Source: Limisphaerales bacterium
GTDB lineage: Bacteria > Verrucomicrobiota > Verrucomicrobiia > Limisphaerales > JAJOIW01
NCBI GenBank assembly: GCA_965657355.1
Contig: CBFHOE010000009.1
Location: 1 to 64,000, forward strand
Direction: 5' to 3'
Length of the DNA: 64,000 nucleotides
The position numbers and the translations under genes are program-made. Below are positions 1 to 9,758 of this stretch, piece by piece (the first letter of the stretch is position 1; each line of letters starts with the position of its first letter). Under the pieces are notes generated by a model. That model was not told the origin of the DNA. It ran no database searches and worked only from the letters and a program-made list of their open reading frames with translations.

Positions 1-367
1 CTGATAAAAACATAGAGAGTCGGATATTCTTCATCTATGATCTCTGGTTCGTTCTGTTTGAGATAATTCTTAAAGTTCTGGGATGCTTTGTAAGCGAATA
101 TGCGCTTGACGGATGAATGACAAATATCCAACCACAAAAACCGCGCAGGATTTGATTCCAATTATGATTTGTTTACAGATTTAATGTTCTCAGATGATAC
201 TACAAATGAACTATTAGCCCTTATACAATACTGGAGAACGAACACTCAGGAAGGTGTAAATTTAACCAAATGGATGAATATCCAAAACAACATTTTTTCT
301 GAATCTAAAAAATAGAATCCCCTAAAGTTTACAATTAAAAATAATTTTCCATTACAAAATTATACCA

Positions 368-602
368 TCACTCAAACAAAGATACTATAGCCGCAATTGA
401 AGCCCCTAGAGATGCTAACAAGGCCAGCATCTGACCCGATTTTTTGTGCCACTTCGTTAATTAAAACCCATTGTAAAAGCCCGGGTTTCCCATTACCTCG
501 AATTGAGTGATCTAGATTCTTAACCATGACTTTGGTGTCATGGACCTCATCTTTGAGGTGCCGTAAATATTCCTTGATTTGAATGACCTCTTCTATCGTC
601 AT
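368..602 (-). pseudogene. Phage-like small membrane protein (coiled coil + GNGKPG + C-terminal TM helix), frameshifted at a homopolymer
   Basis: The ORF 372..602 contains LDHSIRGNGKPGL. Removing one base from the T6 run at 440-445 gives the C-terminus KSGQMLALLASLGASIAAIVSLFE*, with the stop at 368-370, which reads as a clean TM helix. Confidence 0.5.
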
Positions 603-754
603 TTTCCAGCGTTGATCTTGTCATGTACTGGTGATTCTGAAAATGCAGCCATGATCACCCCAACCAGTAAAACGATACCAACGATAATGCACGATCGATG
701 TTCAGGCGATACTTCAACACCGAAGATTGCAATGATTGGAAATACGTCAGCCAA
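599..754 (-). pseudogene. Holin-like membrane protein fragment (51 aa, probably 5'-truncated)
   Basis: Manual translation: LADVFPIIAIFGVEVSPEHRSCIIVGIVLLVGVIMAAFSESPVHDKINAGK*. It has two hydrophobic segments around a GVEVSPE turn. Its TGA overlaps the ATG of the downstream gene (ATGA at 602-599). Confidence 0.45.
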
Positions 755-852
755 AATATCACTCGATTAAAAACCTATTTGATAAAGAAAAAAGATAGAA
801 TACTTTTTCGCGAAGCGCCCTATGGGCTTTTAAGCAAAGAAAGACAAGAAAC

Positions 853-1458
853 ATGAATGCAATCGAGGCAATATTTAAAAGAAGATCGGTCAAGCAATAC
901 GATCCAAAATATAAGATATCTCCGGAAGATGAAAAAAAACTTTTTGAAGCAACCATTCAAGCCCCTACCAGTTTTAATATCCAGCATTGGAGATTTATTG
1001 TCGTTCGAGACCCTGCGGTTCGTGAAAAGATCCGAAAGGAATATGGAAATGACCAAGCTCAGATGACGGATGCCTCTCTGTTGATCATATTCACAGCTGA
1101 TGTAAAAGCCTGGCAAAAAGATCCAGCAAGGTATTGGCAAAATGCTCCAAAGGAAGTGGCCGATTTATTGGTGGGTTGGATGGGACCATTTCACGAAGGT
1201 AGAGAATGGCTACAGAGGGATGAGGCGCAGCGTTCGATTGGGATGGCCATGCAGACATTGATGATCGCAGCCAAAGAGATGGGATATGATTCCTGTCCCA
1301 TGATTGGCTTCGATATTGAAAAAGTTGCCGAGCTCATCAATCTGCCCGAGGACCACGTTATGGGTCCCATGGTCGCTATTGGAAAGGGAATTAAAGAAGC
1401 ATCACCAAAAGCTGGACAATTACCGTTAGAGGAGCTTGTCAAAGACAATACGTTTTAA
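853..1458 (+). CDS. Nitroreductase family protein
   Basis: RRSVK, APTSFNIQHWRF and GYDSCPMIGFD motifs; 201 aa. Confidence 0.95.
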   Translation: MNAIEAIFKRRSVKQYDPKYKISPEDEKKLFEATIQAPTSFNIQHWRFIVVRDPAVREKIRKEYGNDQAQMTDASLLIIFTADVKAWQKDPARYWQNAPKEVADLLVGWMGPFHEGREWLQRDEAQRSIGMAMQTLMIAAKEMGYDSCPMIGFDIEKVAELINLPEDHVMGPMVAIGKGIKEASPKAGQLPLEELVKDNTF

Positions 1459-1496
1459 GTCCAACAAAAACCATAGTGAATTCCAACTAGAAAAAA

Positions 1497-2213
1497 ATGA
1501 ACCATCCATCCTCATCAGTGAAACTTAGAAAGTCTGGAGACCGGGGACAGGGGAACCATGGTTGGCTTCAATCCAAGCACACCTTTAGTTTTGCTGAATA
1601 TTATGATCCAGGTCATATGGGGTTTCGATCCCTGAGAGTCATAAACCAGGATAGGATTAAACCAGGAATGGGATTTCCAAGCCACCCACATAAAGATATG
1701 GAAATCTTCAGTTACGTTCTCGAAGGCACGCTGCAACATAATGATAGCATGGGAAACGGAAAATCTCTCGAACCTGGACAAATCCAACTCATGAGTGCTG
1801 GCAGTGGAATAACTCACAGTGAGTACAATCCTTCAAAAACTAAGGAATTACATTTTCTCCAAATCTGGATAGAACCAAGTATAAATGGACTAAAGCCGTC
1901 ATACACGGAGTGGCACCCAAAACTTGGCGAAATCGATGAAAAGACATTAGTCATTTCCAAAGACGGAAGGGACGGTGCAGCTTTAATCCACCAAGACGTA
2001 GAAATCTATAAAGTCCAACTCGCCCCTGGCAAGTCCACGAACCACCAGCTTACTGCGGGCAGAGGAGTGTGGCTTCAGGTCATCACCGGTTCATTAATAT
2101 TTAATGGTATTACCCTTGATTCGGGTGACGGTGCTAGCCTTGAGGAATCAGGAAATATTCATATTCAGGCAAAGAACGAAGAAGTAGCAGCTTTACTATT
2201 TGACTTAAATTGA
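1497..2213 (+). CDS. Pirin family protein (YhhW-like quercetin 2,3-dioxygenase)
   Basis: HTFSFAEYYDP, HPHKDMEI, MSAGSGITHSE and LQIWI motifs; 38 bp downstream of the nitroreductase, probably an operon. Confidence 0.95.
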   Translation: MNHPSSSVKLRKSGDRGQGNHGWLQSKHTFSFAEYYDPGHMGFRSLRVINQDRIKPGMGFPSHPHKDMEIFSYVLEGTLQHNDSMGNGKSLEPGQIQLMSAGSGITHSEYNPSKTKELHFLQIWIEPSINGLKPSYTEWHPKLGEIDEKTLVISKDGRDGAALIHQDVEIYKVQLAPGKSTNHQLTAGRGVWLQVITGSLIFNGITLDSGDGASLEESGNIHIQAKNEEVAALLFDLN

Positions 2214-2874
2214 AATCAGAGTCGAATAGATGCTTACTCCCCCAAAGTGACTATCCGGATTTGAATTAGATAAAAAACCGGATTATTCATCTGCAAATTG
2301 TTAATTCAAAGATACAAAATCGAGATATAAAAATTGCCTATCAAGAGATGGAGACAATAAAATATTAAGAATACAAAGAGCCTTGGAAAACACAGTGAAT
2401 AGCTTTCTCAATTACAGAAAAACATTAGCCCTGAGCATGTCCATGAATGCGAATAAAACTGGCGGATATGTTATTAAGACTCGAAAGATATCCTTTTGTT
2501 TCTGTAACCGTTGACCTTTTGAACCACCTGATTGAGCGGGCATTTAGTAATTTTAGGATGAATGTTTCCGATTAATTTGAATTCGATTGAGATAAGAAAA
2601 CTCAATGATGTCACAAATCCAGTTTCATCAATCATCGGGTGGGAATAGAATCATCGAGAATAATTAAAATGTGGCATCGGATATGAGTCGTTATTTTTAT
2701 TCCAAGAAGCTTTGAGGCCCTCTCTGAACAAACAAAAGCATTTGAGGTCACTACAAGGAAAAAAAGCTATGATAAAAATAATTACAAACTAAGCACACCA
2801 CAGTAATCGGCTTCACGATCCTGAGATGCCAATGAGTATCGTCACAAAAATCCATTCATACCATTTGGAAAGAG

Positions 2875-4890
2875 CTATTCGGTAAGTTTTAATAGATCTT
2901 CTTCAGAGATAATCTTTACTCCTAATTTCGTCGCCTTATCCAATTTTGACCCAGCATCCGTACCGGCAACCAAGTAATCTGTTTTTTTAGAAACCGAGGA
3001 TGAAACTTTTCCACCATGGCTTTCAATAATGGAGGCTGCTTCACTTCTTTTCAGGCTTGGTAAAGTTCCTGTGAGAACAAATATTTTGCCTTCAAGCACG
3101 TGAGAATTCAGTGATTGTTGAGAAGATTGATAGATCTCCGTAGTCAGCCCGTGTGATCCCAGCTCTTCAACAAGTTTTTTATTTAGATCATCTCGGAACC
3201 AGAATGATATACTTTTGGCAACGATTTCCCCAACATCTTCAATTTCGATGAGTTCTTCGATTGAGGCCTTTGAGATAGAATCGAGAGATTTCATTTCTTT
3301 TGACAGACGCTTTGCTGTAGATTTACCAACATGTGGGATACCAAGAGAAAAGATTAGACGCCACAAATCCCTGGTTTTACTTTCCTCAATTCCTTTTATA
3401 AAGTTACTGGCTGATTTTTCAGCCATACGCTCTAAGCCGACAACTTGATTTGCAGTCAACTTATAGAGGTCTGCGGGATTTTTCACCAAGCCTTGACTGA
3501 CGAGCTGACGAACCAGAACATCACCACCGCCTTCGATATCCATGCCACCTCTGGAGCACCATTGAAGAAGCCGCCCACGAATCTGAGCATCACAAAATTG
3601 ATTGGGACATTTATATATTGTATTGCCAGAAGACTCATGGATTTCCTTTATTATCTCACTGGAGCATTCAGGACATGAGTTTGGAAAAGTATATTCTGTC
3701 TCCTCCCCGGTTCGTTCATCCACAAGAGCTTGCACAACAGCAGGGATCACCTCCCCTGCTTTTTCTATTATGATAAGATCACCGATTAAAACACCCTTTC
3801 TTTTCATGTCATCCTCGTTGTGCAAGGTCGCGCGAGAAATAGTACTTCCAGCTACTAAGACAGGCTCGAGTTCAGCAACAGGAGTCAAAACTCCGGTGCG
3901 CCCTACTTGAATAGTGATATCTTTCAACCGAGTGATGGCTTGTTCTGATTCGAACTTATACGCCATTGCCCACCGAGGTGCCTTGGAGGTGTTTCCAACC
4001 TGATGGCGTAATTCGATATTGTTTAATTTAATGACAGCGCCATCGGTCTCGTAAGGCAACTGCTTCCTCAGTTCGCTTAGCTGATTTAAAGAATCCAATA
4101 TTTGATCAGCAGTTTTACATAACCAAATTTTTTGAGGTGATGGAAGGTGTAAAGATTTGAGTAAATCAAGAAAATCCAAATTTGTATTTAAGGGATTGTC
4201 GAGATCAATTTGGCCAAATCCGTAGAGAATTATATCGAGAGGTCTTTCAGAAACCTGTTTTGAATCGAGTTGTTTGAGTGATCCGGCTGTTGCATTCCTT
4301 GGGTTGGCAAATGGGGCATCGCCTGCCAATCTCCTTCTTTCATTCATATTCATGAAACCATTCCTGGGCATAAAAACTTCACCACGAACTTCTAGAATAG
4401 GACCGGGTGAAAAAGGTAATTTTATCGGCAAAGACCTAATTGTTTTAATGTTCTCAGAAATATCATCTCCAATGGCACCGTCCCCTCTCGTCATCCCTTT
4501 GGAGAATTGACCATTTTCATACCTCACAGCTACTGCCACACCATCAACCTTTGGTTCAACAGTAAATTCAAATTCCTGATCTGGGAGCAATCTTTCAAGG
4601 CGAGCAATGAATTGAGTAATCTCTTCGGGAGAGTATGTATTATCCAAGCTTAGCATCGGAACCTGATGCTCGATTTGATCGAAGTGATCAAGCGGTTCCC
4701 CACCCACTTTTTGAGTCGGTGAATCTGGAATGACCATTTCAGGGTTATCGCGTTCAAATTGCTCCAATTCTTTGTAAAGAGTATCATAATCTCGGTCTGA
4801 AATAGTTGGCTCGGCCAAAACATAATAAGCGTAATCATGTTTCTTAAGCTTAGCTACAAGGTCCAAGTAATCTTTATTCAATTCAGGCAT
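2875..4890 (-). CDS. ligA: NAD-dependent DNA ligase
   Basis: KxDG adenylation motif (EPKVDG), EVRGE, NPRNATAGSL, AMAYKF, zinc finger (CPEC...CPNQFC), HhH repeats and a C-terminal BRCT domain (FVLTG...VSKKTD). Confidence 0.98.
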   Translation of the reverse strand: MPELNKDYLDLVAKLKKHDYAYYVLAEPTISDRDYDTLYKELEQFERDNPEMVIPDSPTQKVGGEPLDHFDQIEHQVPMLSLDNTYSPEEITQFIARLERLLPDQEFEFTVEPKVDGVAVAVRYENGQFSKGMTRGDGAIGDDISENIKTIRSLPIKLPFSPGPILEVRGEVFMPRNGFMNMNERRRLAGDAPFANPRNATAGSLKQLDSKQVSERPLDIILYGFGQIDLDNPLNTNLDFLDLLKSLHLPSPQKIWLCKTADQILDSLNQLSELRKQLPYETDGAVIKLNNIELRHQVGNTSKAPRWAMAYKFESEQAITRLKDITIQVGRTGVLTPVAELEPVLVAGSTISRATLHNEDDMKRKGVLIGDLIIIEKAGEVIPAVVQALVDERTGEETEYTFPNSCPECSSEIIKEIHESSGNTIYKCPNQFCDAQIRGRLLQWCSRGGMDIEGGGDVLVRQLVSQGLVKNPADLYKLTANQVVGLERMAEKSASNFIKGIEESKTRDLWRLIFSLGIPHVGKSTAKRLSKEMKSLDSISKASIEELIEIEDVGEIVAKSISFWFRDDLNKKLVEELGSHGLTTEIYQSSQQSLNSHVLEGKIFVLTGTLPSLKRSEAASIIESHGGKVSSSVSKKTDYLVAGTDAGSKLDKATKLGVKIISEEDLLKLTE

Positions 4891-5023
4891 CTAACTACGT
4901 ATGTCTTAAAACAAGTTAAAGGATTGGTATTGGCGATCATTTTATAATAAAGACAAACCCTAAAATGAAATTAATTCAAGATCACTCAATTTTTTAATTT
5001 CTGAATGGTTATCAAATGACATA

Positions 5024-7168
5024 ATGGTGAGCATGCGCATTCCAGTTAATCAAACCACAAGTAAGGTATTCTTTGGGGTCATTTCTTTTTTGGTTTTGCA
5101 CAGCCTCTCGGGGCAAAATGTCGAATGGACTCATTATTTGGGCGACAAGCACAGCCGGCAATATTCAGCAGCTAATCAAATAACCGCCGAAAATATATCA
5201 AAGCTGACATTAACATGGTCTTACACAACTGGTGGGTTGGACAAAAATGACAGGTCTCAAATCCAATGCAATCCGATAATGGTGGGAGGAATCTTATACG
5301 GGACAACACCAGATCTTAAAATATTTGCCCTTGATGCAAAAAGTGGTGCAGAAATCTGGACATGGGATCCCAAAAACGAGCCTGGACTAACCACTTCTGG
5401 CGTCAATAGAGGATTAGTTTACTGGCCAAAAGAAAAACGCATACTTTATGGAAATGATCGCTTTTTGCACGCCTTGGATGCGAAGTCGGGGAAGAGGGTT
5501 CGTTCATTCGGTGACGGGGGATCCATAGATCTTAAAAAGGGACTAGGACGCAACATTGAGAAACTGCAACTTCAAGCAAATACTCCAGGAATCATTTTTA
5601 AAGATAAAATAATTATTGGAATGCGACTTGGCGAAGGCCCTGCGCCTGCCGCACCAGGACATATTAGGGCATATAATCTTTACTCAGGTGAATTGGAATG
5701 GAGATTCAATACTATTCCACAACCTGGTGAATTTGGATATGAAACATGGCCACCCAATGCCTATAGGTATATAGGGGGTGCAAATGTCTGGGCAGGTTTC
5801 TCAGTCGATGAAGAACGGGGTATAATTTTTTGCCCAACCGGATCTGCAGCATTTGATTTTTGGGGTGGGAACCGATTAGGTGACAATCTTTATTCCAATT
5901 GTCTAGTCGCCTTGGATGCGAATACCGGAAAAAGAATTTGGCATTATCAATTTGTGAGGCACGACCTGTGGGATAGAGATCTACCCGCCCCACCAAATTT
6001 AATGACAATCACTCGCGGCAGGAAAAAAATTGACGTGGTTGCTCAAATTACCAAATCGGGGCATGTTTTTGTATTCGATAGAGAAAATGGGGAACCTATT
6101 TATCCCATTAAAGAAATTCGGGTTCCTCCTTCAACTTTAGAAGGCGAGGCAACGGCGCTATTTCAGCCAATACCTACAAAACCATTACCTTTCTCTCGCC
6201 AACTTTTTACCTACGATGAAATAAACGATATCTCACCTGAAATTCATGCCGATATTCTGGAACGTTTCTCCAGAGTTAAACCTCACACTCCCTTCATGCC
6301 ACCCAGTATGGAGGGCACTATAATTTTTCCCGGATTCGATGGAGGTGGAGAATGGGGCGGCGCGGCAGCTGATCCGAACGGTATATTATATATCAATGCT
6401 AATGAAATGCCATGGATCCTCACAATGGTGAAAACAAAGAATGCAGGTGAAGATTCAGTCAGTAATGGTGAAGCAATTTACACGCAAATATGCGCTGTCT
6501 GCCACGGAGTGGACCGTATGGGAAACACAGCGCAGAAAGTGCCTTCACTAGTCGATCTTGGCAACAAAATGAAAAAGGAAGAAATATTGAAGTTGTTAGA
6601 GACAGGCAGAGGGGTTATGCCATCTGTTGCATTTTTGAAAGAGTCACAGAGAGAAGCCGTGGTGAGTTACTTACTTGGGGAGGCATCTAATGAGACAAAG
6701 GCTGAAGATTACGAAGATCGTGATGTTCTTGGCAGGTCCCCCTATTCCTCGACAGGCTATCATCGATTTTTATATGATAAAAAGTACCCAGCAGTAAAAC
6801 CACCATGGGGCACATTGAATGCTATTGATATCAACACCGGAGAATACCTCTGGAAAGTACCACTCGGAGAATGGCCGGATCTTGCGGAAAAAGGAATCCA
6901 CAATACAGGCACTGAAAATTATGGTGGTCCTGCGGTGACCGCTGGAGGGTTGGTTTTTATTGCCGCGAGTCGAGACGAGCATATCCGTGCCTTTGATCAA
7001 AAAACAGGTAAAGAACTATGGAAATTTAAATTACCAGCAGCTGGTTATGCAACTCCGACCGTATATTCGATAGACGGCAAGCAATTTGTTGTCATTGCCT
7101 GCGGAGGTGGAAAAATTGGAACCAAAAGTGGAGAATCATACCTTGCATTTTCACTCTCGAAGGAGTGA
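5024..7168 (+). CDS. PQQ-dependent (glucose/quinate-type) dehydrogenase with inserted cytochrome c domain
   Basis: Signal peptide, PQQ beta-propeller repeats (ALDAKSGAEIW, WHYQFVRHDLWDRD, GGGEWGG, PPWG), and a CAVCH heme site with a downstream GVMP ligand. Confidence 0.9.
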   Translation: MVSMRIPVNQTTSKVFFGVISFLVLHSLSGQNVEWTHYLGDKHSRQYSAANQITAENISKLTLTWSYTTGGLDKNDRSQIQCNPIMVGGILYGTTPDLKIFALDAKSGAEIWTWDPKNEPGLTTSGVNRGLVYWPKEKRILYGNDRFLHALDAKSGKRVRSFGDGGSIDLKKGLGRNIEKLQLQANTPGIIFKDKIIIGMRLGEGPAPAAPGHIRAYNLYSGELEWRFNTIPQPGEFGYETWPPNAYRYIGGANVWAGFSVDEERGIIFCPTGSAAFDFWGGNRLGDNLYSNCLVALDANTGKRIWHYQFVRHDLWDRDLPAPPNLMTITRGRKKIDVVAQITKSGHVFVFDRENGEPIYPIKEIRVPPSTLEGEATALFQPIPTKPLPFSRQLFTYDEINDISPEIHADILERFSRVKPHTPFMPPSMEGTIIFPGFDGGGEWGGAAADPNGILYINANEMPWILTMVKTKNAGEDSVSNGEAIYTQICAVCHGVDRMGNTAQKVPSLVDLGNKMKKEEILKLLETGRGVMPSVAFLKESQREAVVSYLLGEASNETKAEDYEDRDVLGRSPYSSTGYHRFLYDKKYPAVKPPWGTLNAIDINTGEYLWKVPLGEWPDLAEKGIHNTGTENYGGPAVTAGGLVFIAASRDEHIRAFDQKTGKELWKFKLPAAGYATPTVYSIDGKQFVVIACGGGKIGTKSGESYLAFSLSKE

Positions 7169-7329
7169 TGGGCATAAATGAGCAGGGATTATTCGATTAT
7201 AAGATCCCATTTTTATAATTAGTAAAAAGTATTGGGTAATTTGTCGCTAGTAATAGTAATGATGGTATTGGACTAAAGCCGCATTTTCATAGGCATTGAC
7301 CGTATCATTGAGTTTAATATGATAAAATT

Positions 7330-7938
7330 ATGGACAAAAACTGGGAGATGAAGACACGAGAAAGTTTTCGCCGAGCGAGTCTCGAGGACTCGCTTGTTGA
7401 ATTCATTGGCTCAGTGGACGAAAGCGAGCAATTTGAAGGATATGGCGCAAGATTTAATGCAAAGTGTGTTGAATCGGTCACAGAAGCACTGAAAGACCAT
7501 TCCCGAGCCCTACAGCAACATCAAGATTCAGTTAATCGTGTTCATGGTGCCATTGCGAATATCCAAAAGTTACTTTGGGTAATGGCAATATGTTCCATCA
7601 CTTTAGTGATTGGAAACTTTTTGCCTGGTAACAAGGGAATATCGCCAACATCAGTAGCCAAGAATAAGACAGGTGAAAATTCAAACCTTCTGGTTTCGCC
7701 GTCTCCAATTCCAAAGGCCCAGCCCAGTTCATTTGATACCGAGGATAAAATAGCTGGCGAGCTCAAAAACATACAAGGAAATCTGGGAATGAATATTTCC
7801 CCAAGAAATAGTAATTCGGGTATTGAAAATGACGACCTTCTGAAACCCAGTCGAGTCGACCTGATTAATAGAATCAAAGAGCGATCAAAAATTTCAGAGT
7901 CCGACAAAAATTCATCAACAAAATCACTACCTTACTAA
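7330..7938 (+). CDS. Hypothetical protein with one TM segment and a low-complexity C-terminus
   Basis: 202-aa ORF with a helical N-terminus, a hydrophobic LLWVMAICSITLVIG segment and an S/N/P-rich tail; followed by a terminator. Confidence 0.6.
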   Translation: MDKNWEMKTRESFRRASLEDSLVEFIGSVDESEQFEGYGARFNAKCVESVTEALKDHSRALQQHQDSVNRVHGAIANIQKLLWVMAICSITLVIGNFLPGNKGISPTSVAKNKTGENSNLLVSPSPIPKAQPSSFDTEDKIAGELKNIQGNLGMNISPRNSNSGIENDDLLKPSRVDLINRIKERSKISESDKNSSTKSLPY

Positions 7939-8125
7939 AGTAGTGATTTGGGGATAACCAAAGTCGCTTGGATTGCCTCCATATCCAGCCATTCAAATGG
8001 TGGGAGTGATCCCAAGATTGATTTTTTATAATACCAATTGCAAGTCCAGCAGCAGTAGCGAGATAAGTTCACCAAAAGAAAATTCTAGGGGTGAATGAAG
8101 TAACAAATTGTCCTTCAGCTTACAT

Positions 8126-8161
8126 AAAAAAAGAGTGGCTGAGACTCAGCCACTCTTTTTT
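8126..8161. terminator. Bidirectional rho-independent terminator
   Basis: A7-GAGTGGCTGAG-A-CTCAGCCACTC-T6 inverted repeat between two convergent genes. Confidence 0.9.
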
Positions 8162-8186
8162 GCCATTTTGCAAAATTCAAGAGCCA

Positions 8187-9470
8187 TTACTTTTTCTTCA
8201 AATGGTAATCGGCAAAATCTAGAAATCTCGCCCAATCATAAGATTGAATCGAATGACCGCCTTCGCGTGTATGATAGCCCACACTGGATTCGATGATAGG
8301 TTTCCGCTCTTCCGGTTGTGAAGGGCTCTCCAATCCTTTCAAGCCCAGTAGCCTGTATACCTCACTCGCATGAAAAGCAGAAAGATACTCCCCTCTTGAG
8401 TCAGCCCAAGTATCATCCGTAGAACTATGCACATAAACAGCGCGAGGCGCTATACAGGCAAGGAGTAAATGTTGGTCAACTGGCAGATCATCTTCTTGCT
8501 CCACGAATTTCCAAGCATTTCTACAGAGCCAATAAGGAAATCTCGTCACCATTTTCTTTAATGTTTCACCGGATTTCCGACGCCATAACGCAGCTCCAGC
8601 ACAACCAGATTGAGCGGATATAGCAACAGCAATGCGCTCGTCTTGGGCGGCGGTCCAGAGCGCAGCCTTTCCCATTTTTGAATGCCCCATGATGGCGATG
8701 CGAGTATGGTCAATATCCTCGTCAGTTTCGAGGTAGTCCATTGCCTTCATTGCTCCCCAGGCACATGTAGCAAGAACGCCCCATTCGTGGGCCTTGGGAA
8801 AGCTCTGCCCCTTGGGATAAGTCAGACCGTGAATACTTTTAAGAAATTCAACTTCGTTATGTTTGACCAGGTCTTGTTGATATACGGCACAAAAGCCATA
8901 GCCGCGCTTAAAGATATCTCCTAGTGGCCAGCCATTCTTCAAATAACCTTTTCTAATTTTCGAAGCATCAAAATCGTTTGATTGAGTATTATTAAAGCTA
9001 TGTTTTAAGAAAGCTGGAGCGGGTTTCTCGACCCCATTCGGTACGAAAACCAGAAAGTGCATCTCCTTTGAGCCTTTGTCGTTGGAGAATATAATTTTGA
9101 CATCTTTTCTGGTCGCCAATCCTCCCATAAAATTGGGATCTTTTTTTACTATTTCATATCGCACTTCAAGATTTTCAGCCTCACCCGGAACCCTTCCATA
9201 GATAAGGTTTGAAAAAAGAGATAAAATTTCTGGCCTTCTAATTGAAAACCAATCCTCTTTAGTCGTGATTTTCTTTCCATCTGAAGTCACTAAAGCGGGG
9301 GGAAGATCATATTCGGGCAATCTTTCCTCATTGTAGTTAACATCTTTATCATACTCTTTTGGTTCCCGAGCCTTCAAAGGCTGGATTGGAGCGACAAACC
9401 CAAATAAGAGCATGGCCGTTATCATTATTTGCAGATTTCTCATGGATGTAAGGATGATATTCCAGTGCAT
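8187..9470 (-). CDS. CE15 family (glucuronoyl esterase-like) carbohydrate esterase; true start probably slightly downstream
   Basis: NYNEERLPEYDLP, RRPEI, GHSKMGK nucleophile elbow, SGCAGAAL, FPYW, DQHLLLACIAPR and REGGH motifs; signal peptide. Confidence 0.85.
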   Translation of the reverse strand: MHWNIILTSMRNLQIMITAMLLFGFVAPIQPLKAREPKEYDKDVNYNEERLPEYDLPPALVTSDGKKITTKEDWFSIRRPEILSLFSNLIYGRVPGEAENLEVRYEIVKKDPNFMGGLATRKDVKIIFSNDKGSKEMHFLVFVPNGVEKPAPAFLKHSFNNTQSNDFDASKIRKGYLKNGWPLGDIFKRGYGFCAVYQQDLVKHNEVEFLKSIHGLTYPKGQSFPKAHEWGVLATCAWGAMKAMDYLETDEDIDHTRIAIMGHSKMGKAALWTAAQDERIAVAISAQSGCAGAALWRRKSGETLKKMVTRFPYWLCRNAWKFVEQEDDLPVDQHLLLACIAPRAVYVHSSTDDTWADSRGEYLSAFHASEVYRLLGLKGLESPSQPEERKPIIESSVGYHTREGGHSIQSYDWARFLDFADYHLKKK

Positions 9471-9758
9471 TCCTTAAATCTAGAAAACTATCTGTTGGAT
9501 TCTCAGATATTTTCTCGTGCACTTTCAGACTCATGTGAGCGAATCATAAGCCACGAAACTGGATTCATGCTAAAAATCCGCAATAGAGGCGTCAATTTAT
9601 GATTCTCACGGGCTATCACCGGTTCGATAGAAATAGATATTAAACTGAGGTATTAACTCAAAAATGAAAGGATAACCCTCCCGACTGGACTATACCTGAG
9701 AATTTATTCTCCGATGTGGTCAGTTTGGAAAATTTATATTATTATTAAGTAAGGCATC

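Noticed and set aside
579..770. Plus-strand 63-aa ORF from the track
   Set aside because: It is the antisense shadow of the minus-strand holin-like frame, which has better protein character and translational coupling.
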